Source of the DNA: a virus
Taxonomy: Duplodnaviria > Caudoviricetes
Reading direction: 5' to 3' (one strand)
DNA: 52,178 nucleotides
Virus record (IMG/VR): IMGVR_UViG_3300031688_000025
Coordinates: 1 to 52,178 of that record
The notes under the pieces: generated by a model
Seen by the model: only the letters and a program-made list of their open reading frames with translations
The model's database searches: none
What the model was told of the DNA's origin: nothing
In this document: positions 10,257 through 18,431 of the stretch, piece by piece
Position numbering within the stretch: the stretch's first letter is position 1
Layout of the letters: each line of letters starts with the position of its first letter
Program-made: the position numbers and the translations under genes

Positions 10257-10403
10257 GTTACAGTATCCTCTTAAGTGGATTAGCACAATCCATCAATCAA
10301 TCAATTAATTAAAAACGGGTTCCTATAGCTTCTCTTTCCCGAGACGTGTATGTCACCTTAAACCGAAACGTCAGTTGGAGGACTAATGGGGAAACTTGTA
10401 CAA

Positions 10404-12041
10404 CTACAGCCAACTAGTATGATCCTCCTCATACTGTTGATTTTGAAAGCCTACCCTGTTGGAGACCAATCGATCTCTATGGGTTCTTAGGACTTCAAAG
10501 GCTATAGCTGTTGCAATTACAGTATCATCATGTCCACCTGTAATAGCGTTGGTACGACCATTCGCATCAGCCACGTAACTCAAACACTCTTGAATAATCC
10601 GAGGGGACGCAAGATTGATATCATCATTCTCAATTGCGTTCTTAAGATGCGCCACGATCATGGGTTTAGTAGCTTGCGTTGTACGCCAACCAAGTCGGCT
10701 GCCTTCCTCATTAGACACGTTAGCTACTTTGGTTTGATGGTATAGGTTCACATAGTTCATCTGCTTGAGACGATTAAGTGTAGCTATGCCTAAGGAATTA
10801 GATTCAACAGCCAGTAAGGCATTGTTGTAATATCTTCCAAGATAGAATAGTAAGTCACCATATCTGGTAGGATCTACTCTATTATTTCTATATAAAGCTA
10901 CAACTTCATTCTTTGTATTCATAACTGCACAGGCTGAGTAGTCTTGGCCCACGCCTAATGCACAGTCAGCACCTATTACAAAGTTATCATCAAACTTAGG
11001 ATACTGGAATATTTCAATGTCCCCATCTTTAAAGTCCTCAAAGGAAGAAGATACATAATTAAATGTCTGAGTCTTCATAACTTGTGAGGGTATTAGGGAT
11101 TGTAACTTTTCAATATTAAACACATTAGCACCAGAAGTTTGAAATGCTTCTTCTGCTGTCAATGGGTATTCTTGTCGGAACTTACTAAGGCCTCCTTCAG
11201 CTACCTTTAACCTTCTCCAGTAAAGTTGTTCTAAGTCAAGACCATGCCTCTCTTGTATCTTATCTTCTTCACTTGATAGGGTTTCTTTGAAAGCTTCGGG
11301 CTCTAAGACTGTTCGTCTGTATTCCGGCATCAAGTACCATGGCACAAAAATAGGAAGGTAATCATTCTCACCTTCTACTGCACCTTTCCATAACCTATGG
11401 AATTCGTTACCAACACCATTAGCGGTGGACTCAAGTATTACTTCCGTTCCATTCGCTTCTGAAATACCCTGAAAGAGACCAGCTAGGATCTTCTCATCAT
11501 GAGTCCAAAAGGCTACCTCTGAGAGGTGAGCAATGGTTGGAGTAGTACCTCGACCAGCTTCAGGGGATCCTGCGGTATAGAGCCTGTAGCCTGATTCATT
11601 ATGATCAAACAGGATCTCTTTAGCATTGGACTTCTTAAAGACTGGTCTAAACTCATCAGGCATGTTAGCAATAGTATTACGTGACATGTTGAAGAGGGCA
11701 TCAGATGTGGCTGAGTCATGTGCCATAACAACTGATTTATTGTGAGCATTGAAGTAAGACTTCCAGAACACCCTGCCAGTAGCATAGGTAGATAAGCCCA
11801 TCTGTCGGCCCTTAAGGATTATAGCCCTAACACGGCCTGTTTCCTCTAGCTGCTTACGAATCTTATCGTCTACTATTCTTTGGGCCTCATTGAACTCAAA
11901 GGGTACAAACCCTAAAGAAGAATCCTTAGTCAAAATCTTTATCTGTTCTTTAGAGAATAGCTGAAAGTCCTTCTCGTATTCTGTTAGCTTTATACGTCTC
12001 TTAGATTCTTTAACTAACGCAAGCTTTCTCATGTTATTCAT
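10404..12041 (-). CDS. terL: Terminase large subunit
   Basis: Walker A ILKGRQMGLST, Walker B HLSEVAFW, coupling motif LESTANG, nuclease GAD...G.GQDYS, ESN, HDD.VIA. Confidence 0.95.
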   Translation of the reverse strand: MNNMRKLALVKESKRRIKLTEYEKDFQLFSKEQIKILTKDSSLGFVPFEFNEAQRIVDDKIRKQLEETGRVRAIILKGRQMGLSTYATGRVFWKSYFNAHNKSVVMAHDSATSDALFNMSRNTIANMPDEFRPVFKKSNAKEILFDHNESGYRLYTAGSPEAGRGTTPTIAHLSEVAFWTHDEKILAGLFQGISEANGTEVILESTANGVGNEFHRLWKGAVEGENDYLPIFVPWYLMPEYRRTVLEPEAFKETLSSEEDKIQERHGLDLEQLYWRRLKVAEGGLSKFRQEYPLTAEEAFQTSGANVFNIEKLQSLIPSQVMKTQTFNYVSSSFEDFKDGDIEIFQYPKFDDNFVIGADCALGVGQDYSACAVMNTKNEVVALYRNNRVDPTRYGDLLFYLGRYYNNALLAVESNSLGIATLNRLKQMNYVNLYHQTKVANVSNEEGSRLGWRTTQATKPMIVAHLKNAIENDDINLASPRIIQECLSYVADANGRTNAITGGHDDTVIATAIAFEVLRTHRDRLVSNRVGFQNQQYEEDHTSWL

Positions 12042-12334
12042 TGTAGTCCTCCCAGACCTTAAAGTTTACCAGAGAGAGAAGAACCATAGGAATATATCCT
12101 ATAGCTTTACCTCTAAGGTTCCTAGCCGTGTCGAGAATGCCCTATAGCCCCTTAAGGGGAGGGGGGTATCTATTCTCTACACTAGATATCTATATTCTCT
12201 ATAAGATCCCATAGGGCCCTTATAGGCTTAGGGCCCCCTCCGTACCCTAAGCTATAGTGTATCTGTGAGTGTCTTCGGGACACTACTCCAAGCATACTGT
12301 CGGGTAAGCTCTGATCTTCCTACGTATTCTCTCT

Positions 12335-12381
12335 CTCTATAAGGTACTATAATGGTTTCCCTCTATAAGGTACTATAATGG
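12335..12381 (-). promoter_or_regulatory. Tandem putative phage-RNAP late promoters (2 x 21 bp)
   Basis: CTCTATAAGGTACTATAATGG at 12335-12355 and 12361-12381. Minus strand reads ATTATAGTACCTTATA-GAG, pointing into terL. A 16-bp identical copy lies at 20843. Confidence 0.65.
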
Positions 12382-12499
12382 AGCTTAAGGGTTAATGGGA
12401 CTTAAAGGGTCTTTAGGGAGTGTATAGAATAACCCTGTGATATACGGTACCCTAATATAGCTTTGTACCCCCCTGATAGGTTCCTGCACTGTTCCTGTA

Positions 12500-12518
12500 G
12501 AGCCCTTCGGTCTCCTTG
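12500..12518 (+). promoter_or_regulatory. Putative virion-RNAP hairpin promoter 1
   Basis: GAGCCC-TTC-GGTCTC-CTTG (one stem mismatch); template strand has a C-GAA-G triloop. Confidence 0.55.
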
Positions 12519-12702
12519 TAGTATATCATAGAGATCCCTAGAGATCCCGAAGATATCTGCTAGTAACGGAGGACATGGGGAGTCCCTAGGGTAACATAGC
12601 CCTTAAGACCCTATAGACCCCGTAAGACCCTTTCAGTACCTGTGGATACCCTGCAGGTACACCTGTTTAATAGAGTCCCTTAGGGGGCATGGAGTGTGTG
12701 TA

Positions 12703-12981
12703 ATGTACGAAGTTCTTTCTGACCCTTGGGGTCTTGGTTTGTTTGTGTCAGTCATTGGGCTCCTTGGTAGCGTTGCTATCTTTGGTATCCTTGAGGCTGT
12801 TAGTGTTTGGTGCCGTCTCAAGAAACGTGGGGCTACACCAATCCGAATGATTCTGGATATGGAGCATTCTCGTGCAGTGTTTAAGTATAGACGTGCCCTG
12901 ATAATGTCATGGGTGTTTATGTCTATGTCTGTACTGTTTATTGTATCATTAGCTATGTCTATAGTAAGTGGTACTCTATAA
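12703..12981 (+). CDS. Early membrane protein with two predicted TM helices
   Basis: Two long hydrophobic segments; GGAG upstream of the ATG at 12703; sits between two hairpin motifs. Confidence 0.55.
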   Translation: MYEVLSDPWGLGLFVSVIGLLGSVAIFGILEAVSVWCRLKKRGATPIRMILDMEHSRAVFKYRRALIMSWVFMSMSVLFIVSLAMSIVSGTL

Positions 12982-12987
12982 ATCTAA

Positions 12988-13006
12988 GAGCCCTTCGGGC
13001 TCCTTG
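12988..13006 (+). promoter_or_regulatory. Putative virion-RNAP hairpin promoter 2
   Basis: Perfect GAGCCC-TTC-GGGCTC followed by CTTG; no U-tract. Confidence 0.65.
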
Positions 13007-13062
13007 AAGTGTCCTAAAGGGCATATACCTAGTGTAATTATAACCAAGTGGAGTAATATAGT

Positions 13063-13548
13063 ATGAAAGATTCGATTAAAATTCGAAGTGTAGTTGTACC
13101 TAACATCACGATTTCTGCGTGTAAGTTGCGCAGATCGTACAATGGTAAGTTTGGTCTACAGTACGGAGCCCACCTAACTGGTGACGGTCTAGCTGAGATA
13201 GGACTAAAGCAAGCTAACGATGGCGGGTACTGGTACTCTACCAATGCCAAGTATGGCAATATGGATGTCGATGTGCCACCTGTATCTATTCAAGATGCTG
13301 CTGGTAACGACATCGAAGATGATCTGGAGAATGGAGCTAAAGCTCACCTTCTCTTCGAGCTGCGTGACTACCCAGCAGGTGTCCGTAAAGATGGTACCAA
13401 GTTTGTTGCTGGTACCAATGCTCGTATCTCCGCTGTTCGTGCTCTGAGCTTCGATGTTAAGAAGTCTAAACAAGACGCACTAACTGCTGCTCTATTAGAG
13501 ATGGACATAGAGATGGAGTCAGTAGCACCAAATGGTGCAGTCTTCTAG
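13063..13548 (+). CDS. Early T7 gp2.5-like ssDNA-binding protein paralog
   Basis: Aligns by eye with 20122-20589 (FG.LQ, PV...D....I....NG.K........Y); acidic segment and terminal Phe; GGAG RBS. Confidence 0.6.
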   Translation: MKDSIKIRSVVVPNITISACKLRRSYNGKFGLQYGAHLTGDGLAEIGLKQANDGGYWYSTNAKYGNMDVDVPPVSIQDAAGNDIEDDLENGAKAHLLFELRDYPAGVRKDGTKFVAGTNARISAVRALSFDVKKSKQDALTAALLEMDIEMESVAPNGAVF

Positions 13549-13558
13549 CTTTCCCCCT

Positions 13559-13604
13559 GTAGGTGTATCGTTCTCTTAACTGAGTTCGGTGCACCTGCTT
13601 TTTT
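13559..13604 (+). terminator. Intrinsic terminator
   Basis: GTAGGTGTATCG...CGGTGCACCTGC stem followed by TTTTTT. Confidence 0.8.
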
Positions 13605-13610
13605 GTTGTA

Positions 13611-13629
13611 ACCGACAACACTACATGCA
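13611..13629 (+). promoter_or_regulatory. ACCGACA-Nx-TACATGCA motif, copy 1
   Basis: One of four copies, all just downstream of terminators. Confidence 0.55.
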
Positions 13630-13648
13630 AATTCCCACAGTTTCCTTG

Positions 13649-13689
13649 GGGACGCGGGGCTGACGCTAAGCAGCCTCGCTTCCTTTTTT
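13649..13689 (+). terminator. Intrinsic terminator
   Basis: GCGGGGCTG-loop-CAGCCTCGC followed by TTCCTTTTTT. Confidence 0.75.
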
Positions 13690-13695
13690 CTTACA

Positions 13696-13713
13696 ACCGA
13701 CACACTACATGCA
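13696..13713 (+). promoter_or_regulatory. ACCGACA-Nx-TACATGCA motif, copy 2
   Basis: ACCGACACACTACATGCA directly before the amidoligase operon. Confidence 0.55.
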
Positions 13714-13719
13714 AAAGCA

Positions 13720-14001
13720 ATGAGGTATCACATGCCAAAAGATTATGTCAGAGGCAAACCAATATTCATAGTGAACAAGACAACCCATAGTAGATTAGTA
13801 CCAGACGCTGAGTACACCGTCAATCAACTATCAATGATAACAGGGCTAACAAAACCTCAGGTGTTCAGCAGATGTAGGAAGAAAAGTACCATAGAGGACT
13901 CAGACCTATCAGCTAAGGTACGTAAGTACACACGCCCTTGGCCTGCTCTCCATAAAGACGAAGTGTTCTCTGCTTCTTACCTGTGCAAACCTATCATATA
14001 A
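13720..14001 (+). CDS. Small basic protein, possible HTH DNA-binding
   Basis: YTVNQLSMITGLTKPQVFSR resembles a helix-turn-helix; the real start may be MPKDY at 13732. Confidence 0.5.
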   Translation: MRYHMPKDYVRGKPIFIVNKTTHSRLVPDAEYTVNQLSMITGLTKPQVFSRCRKKSTIEDSDLSAKVRKYTRPWPALHKDEVFSASYLCKPII

Positions 14002-14018
14002 AACCAAGAGGAATTGTA

Positions 14019-14942
14019 ATGGCAGTTTCATTCGAAGTAACGTTAAGTAATATGACTGTACTTAAGTATGTGTCAAGAGCATGCTTCGCTCCAGTCAACC
14101 ATGTATTATCTAATGATCAGATGAGTAGGCACAATAGAGTTAACGCTATCAAGTACCTACCTTTCTTTCAAAGGTACTACTCTAACGAAGACTGTATGAA
14201 CCTTGAAGGCTACAAGATGACAAAAGAAATGTCATGGGAGTTAGCTACTAAGTGGTGGGATTATCTAATGACCCTACCTTTTATAACCGAGAGTATAAAG
14301 GATGACATACCCAGCACAACAGAGGGGTACAAGTCTGGTCTAAAGGTTACAACCGAGATGCCAGCCGACAGGATGATGCTCACGTTGTTCCTCCTTAGAG
14401 CCCCGCAGTACCAGCCTAACATCGTAAGGGTGTGGGATAGGGTGATGAAACAACATGACACTAACCCTGACACAGCACTAGTAACATCCTTCGCTATCAA
14501 TAGCCAACAAGCTAGTGATATAATAGACACCGAAAGCTTTAACCCTGAATGCTCACCTTTAGATTCAATATCCCCTTTGTATTCTTGTGAGAACACTATC
14601 GTATACCCTCAGTACTTTAGCATAATCGGTGCTAAGATAATGCTTAATAGATTACTGTGCGATGACTACGATAAAGAACTCTTCGGTGGTACACAAGATT
14701 ACTTCAGAGATAAGAGTCACTACAATCGGTACGCTACTACAGATCCCAAAGCTTTAGGTAGGTTCTTCTGTAAGAAACCCGCTTCATCATACCGGACAGG
14801 TAACCTTCAAGCCCGTGTAGCTAAGGATATACTAGGGCTAGAAGATGTAAGCAAGCATAGTAACCTAGACTATAGAAGACGACATGATCTGGCAATGGAC
14901 AAGGAACAAATAGCCCAACTCATAAAGTTAATTGAATCCTAA
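14019..14942 (+). CDS. Hypothetical protein
   Basis: Long ORF; GAGGA RBS precedes MAVSFEV. Confidence 0.7.
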   Translation: MAVSFEVTLSNMTVLKYVSRACFAPVNHVLSNDQMSRHNRVNAIKYLPFFQRYYSNEDCMNLEGYKMTKEMSWELATKWWDYLMTLPFITESIKDDIPSTTEGYKSGLKVTTEMPADRMMLTLFLLRAPQYQPNIVRVWDRVMKQHDTNPDTALVTSFAINSQQASDIIDTESFNPECSPLDSISPLYSCENTIVYPQYFSIIGAKIMLNRLLCDDYDKELFGGTQDYFRDKSHYNRYATTDPKALGRFFCKKPASSYRTGNLQARVAKDILGLEDVSKHSNLDYRRRHDLAMDKEQIAQLIKLIES

Positions 14943-14952
14943 GGGAGTTAAC

Positions 14953-15759
14953 ATGCTACATAAATCTAAATTGGAAAACGTAACAGTGGGTGCAGACCCT
15001 GAGGTATTCGTAGCGAATCATACCGGTACCATAACATCTGCTATAGGTAACGTAGGTGGTAGTAAAGACTTCCCTCGTCCAGTAACAGACGGTGGTGTTC
15101 AAGAAGACAATGTCCTAGCAGAATTTAACATCAACCCTGCCAGTAATAAGATAGAGTTCCTTTACAATATGAACTCTGTTATGTCATCTCTTAAAAACAT
15201 CTTAGAAAACAAAGACTTACAACCAGTCATCATTGCTAGTCACATGTTCGACAAAGGTGAGCTCGAAAGCTATGGCCCTATGGCTATGGAATTTGGTTGT
15301 AGTGCTGAGTGGAATGCTTGGAGTGGACGTGAAATGCCAAGACCTCAAGGCTCTAAGGTTAACTTAAGAACTGCAGGTGGTCACGTACATGTAGGCTATG
15401 ATGACCCCAACAAAGCAGACAGTATCGCTCTCGTTAAGATGCTAGACTTTGTACTAGGCTTACCATCTATCGAGGTAGACCCTGACAATCAGAGACGTAA
15501 GTTGTATGGTAAAGCAGGGTCAATGAGATACAAACCTTACGGTGTCGAGTATAGATCTCTCAGTAATTTCTGGTTAAGCTCTGATGATCTCATGTCTTGG
15601 GTGTACGACACTACCCTATGGGCCACTAGTAATCTAGGTATGTTACCTGAATTCCTAGAGTTAGTGGATAATAAAACTCTTAACAAAGTTATTAATAAGA
15701 GTGACAAACAATCTGCTCGTGCAATAATAGATGAGCTAGGTATACAGAGGATTGCTTAA
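14953..15759 (+). CDS. phiEco32-like COOH-NH2 ligase type 2
   Basis: GADPEVF, EDNVLAEFN, FGC, LRTAGGHVHVG, RYKPYGVEYRSLSNFW. Confidence 0.9.
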   Translation: MLHKSKLENVTVGADPEVFVANHTGTITSAIGNVGGSKDFPRPVTDGGVQEDNVLAEFNINPASNKIEFLYNMNSVMSSLKNILENKDLQPVIIASHMFDKGELESYGPMAMEFGCSAEWNAWSGREMPRPQGSKVNLRTAGGHVHVGYDDPNKADSIALVKMLDFVLGLPSIEVDPDNQRRKLYGKAGSMRYKPYGVEYRSLSNFWLSSDDLMSWVYDTTLWATSNLGMLPEFLELVDNKTLNKVINKSDKQSARAIIDELGIQRIA

Positions 15760-16454
15760 TGAACAATCCATTCAAAGATATTAACGCTAGAGATGTAAGC
15801 GGTACCTACTTAGACACTTACATTCAAATTAAAACAAGAGACGATGATGACTACTACCCTGCTCAGTTGATAAACGTCAACCAAGAGATGAATGGATGTA
15901 TACTAAGCTTTAAAAGATTCAATGAAGATGTCTTTGTTGTAGGTAAGGATGATCCTAAAGTTAAGTACAAGTTACAATGGCCTGAGTTAGGTATGGTTAA
16001 CGTGAGAGATCATGTGTGTTTTGTCAAGAGGATAGCACAACGTCAATGGAAGAAAGGGTTAAGACTATCTAACCTAGCTACCACTGTCTTTGACTCTACT
16101 ATACTTGAAGAGTTATCCTTTACTTCTGAAAGATACAGAGCAAGTAGCTTTAGTTCAGAAGACATACAACTACTGTATAGACCTGAGTACACACCCTACA
16201 TGCAAGCCATAGAATCTGTTAGCTCTGGCAGTAGTGTAGCTAGAGCAATCTCATCTAACTTTTGTATCTCTAATCGATTTGGTGTAATGACACCACTGTT
16301 ATACTATAAGAAGCATGCTGTTGGTATCGTAAAAGACAACAGTATATCTATAGTACCAGAGGTAAGCCACATCATTCCTATACTAAAGAGGGTTGTCCCA
16401 AATGGATTCCACAATTCAATCACTGTGGCAGCACAGCGAAGCAGTACCTTATAA
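15759..16454 (+). CDS. Hypothetical protein of the amidoligase cluster
   Basis: Coupled ORF (TAATG overlap). Confidence 0.7.
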   Translation: MNNPFKDINARDVSGTYLDTYIQIKTRDDDDYYPAQLINVNQEMNGCILSFKRFNEDVFVVGKDDPKVKYKLQWPELGMVNVRDHVCFVKRIAQRQWKKGLRLSNLATTVFDSTILEELSFTSERYRASSFSSEDIQLLYRPEYTPYMQAIESVSSGSSVARAISSNFCISNRFGVMTPLLYYKKHAVGIVKDNSISIVPEVSHIIPILKRVVPNGFHNSITVAAQRSSTL

Positions 16455-17325
16455 AAATGATAAGACTAAGACAGGTGCACTACTATCTAACACTAGGATA
16501 GGTGTCGAAGTTGAAGTAGAACAGATGCAAAGAATGATAAGCGTACCCGGATGGCGTTGCACTACTGACGGATCTCTCCGTGAGAATGGCGTTGAGTTTG
16601 TATTCAAAGGGCCTATTGGCGGTGCTGGTGCATGTCGTAGACTGGTAGCACTAGACAAAGTGTTGACATCTATACCTCAAAAGAACTTCTCAGCACGTAC
16701 CTCTGTGCATGTTCACGTAGACGTTAGAGATATGACTTGGAACGAACTTCTAAACCTAGTGATACTGTATGCTATGGTAGAACCTTACCTGTTCAGTGTC
16801 TGTGGTCAAGAGAGGGATGAGAGTATCTATTCCTTGTCTCTGTATCGTGGTCAAGACCAAGTGTCTAAGCTAATAAACCTAATAGAAAACGGGCCTGAGT
16901 TCTTAACGTCACGTAACTGGACTAAGTACTCTAGTGTAAACCTGTTGTCTGTCATTAACTTTGGTTCTTTAGAGTTCCGTGGTCACCGTGGTACATGTGA
17001 CAGCGGTACCCTTATCAATTGGATCAACCACCTCTTGTCTCTAAAGATGTGGGTTCAAATGTATGACAACAACCTGTCAGACTTACCTAAACTACTGAGT
17101 ACTAGCGGTCACATCGCAATGCTTAGAGAAGTCTTTGGTGATAAACTATTAGTGCCTAACATAAAAGCTGCTAATCGTGTACGTAATAAGATATATGAAG
17201 GTGTGTGGGTAGCTGAAGATATAATACACCACACTAAAATGAACACAACCCACCGTAATCTAATAGAATCATTACAAGGTGGCAACCAATTGGATAAGAT
17301 AAAGGATAAATTATGTGCGGTCTAG
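16393..17325 (+). CDS. Putative amidoligase (Amidoligase_2-like)
   Basis: IGVEVEVE, DGSL, GVEFV, SVHVHVD, KY..VN, SLEFR. Confidence 0.85.
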   Translation: MSQMDSTIQSLWQHSEAVPYKNDKTKTGALLSNTRIGVEVEVEQMQRMISVPGWRCTTDGSLRENGVEFVFKGPIGGAGACRRLVALDKVLTSIPQKNFSARTSVHVHVDVRDMTWNELLNLVILYAMVEPYLFSVCGQERDESIYSLSLYRGQDQVSKLINLIENGPEFLTSRNWTKYSSVNLLSVINFGSLEFRGHRGTCDSGTLINWINHLLSLKMWVQMYDNNLSDLPKLLSTSGHIAMLREVFGDKLLVPNIKAANRVRNKIYEGVWVAEDIIHHTKMNTTHRNLIESLQGGNQLDKIKDKLCAV

Positions 17326-18431
17326 TAGGGGTAGTATCAAACAGTCTTACTTTTCAAACGAACAAAGTGTTCAAGCAACTGTTATATATGGATGCCCTTA
17401 GAGGCCCTCATAGTACTGGTGTTGCTACTGACAACAAAGATAACGAAGTAAGTGTGTACAAACGTGCACTAATGTCAAGTGATTTCTTACAGTTAGATGC
17501 AGCAAACACCTTGATCAATAGTATATCGGGTAGCTTCTTGATGGGTCACAACAGGTACGCAACCCAAGGTAGTATCAATGATGACAACGCACACCCATTC
17601 ACCTATGGTAACGTGACCCTATGCCACAACGGTACCTTGACTGATCAAACTACACTACCAGATCATAAAGACTTTGAAGTGGACAGTGAGAATATCGCAT
17701 GGGCTATGGGGTTAGCAAAAGAACCTGAAGAGGTTATAAGTAAACTTCACGGTGCCTTTGCTTTGACTTGGTACAATGACCATGAACTTAAGTTCTATAT
17801 AGTACGCAACAGTGAGCGACCTATGTGGTATGCTATAGATAAAGAGAAAAGTAATTACTATTATGCTTCTGAAAGATTCATGCTTGAGGCAGCTCTAACT
17901 AGAAACAGTATCAAGTATGACATCAAAGAAGTTAAGGCTGGTGAACTGCTTACCTTCGATATGTCTAAGACTAATATAGAACTCACTATTAGAACTGTTA
18001 AGTTAGCACCTAAGAAAGTAATAACTAGCCCTTCGTATCAATCATGGAACATTAAAAGTTATAAAACAGCAAACCCTCTATCGTCTTACAACCTTAAGAT
18101 AGGGGACGAGGTTGAGTTCTACACACACGGGTTACCTGATGTTGTATCATCTAAAACTTTGGGTACCCTACTAGGTGTAAGTACTTGCAAAGTACCTATG
18201 ACTATCAAGTGCTATGCACAGCCCAATGACTCTATTGCTGGGTACTACACAGGCATAGTACAATCTGTTATTAATGATAAAGGAAAAGATATCCTTATCA
18301 TAAGAGAACCTTGGCTAGCAGAGATCATAGAGGGTGATGTTAACAACGTAGGTAGGCCTGAAATCGTAGATAAAATACTATCAAAAGACGCTGCGCTAGC
18401 GTCAACCATAAACCAAAGGGCATTTAGATGA
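17313..18431 (+). CDS. Class II (Ntn) glutamine amidotransferase
   Basis: MCGLVG N-terminal Cys, RGPHSTG, GHNRYAT, NAHPF, HNGT, VDSE. Confidence 0.92.
   Translation: MCGLVGVVSNSLTFQTNKVFKQLLYMDALRGPHSTGVATDNKDNEVSVYKRALMSSDFLQLDAANTLINSISGSFLMGHNRYATQGSINDDNAHPFTYGNVTLCHNGTLTDQTTLPDHKDFEVDSENIAWAMGLAKEPEEVISKLHGAFALTWYNDHELKFYIVRNSERPMWYAIDKEKSNYYYASERFMLEAALTRNSIKYDIKEVKAGELLTFDMSKTNIELTIRTVKLAPKKVITSPSYQSWNIKSYKTANPLSSYNLKIGDEVEFYTHGLPDVVSSKTLGTLLGVSTCKVPMTIKCYAQPNDSIAGYYTGIVQSVINDKGKDILIIREPWLAEIIEGDVNNVGRPEIVDKILSKDAALASTINQRAFR

Larger units (their letters stand above)
12042..12690. other. Non-coding divergence region, probably containing the genome termini
   Basis: No credible ORF; many short CCCTA/TAGGG/AGACCC/AGATCCC repeats; the two arms diverge here. 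Confidence 0.55.

Noticed and set aside
10320-10403. Hammerhead-like ribozyme (CTGAC..GAAA fragments)
   Set aside because: The CUGANGA core and the required three-stem arrangement are not present
12348-12379. TATAAT boxes as host sigma70 promoters
   Set aside because: No credible -35 box at the right spacing, and the copy at 20843 keeps the core but not TATAAT
12988-13002. Hairpin read as a cUUCGg tetraloop terminator
   Set aside because: The tetraloop register needs a bulge, the triloop register is a perfect 6-bp stem, and no U-tract follows. It is not fully excluded as an RNA stability element.
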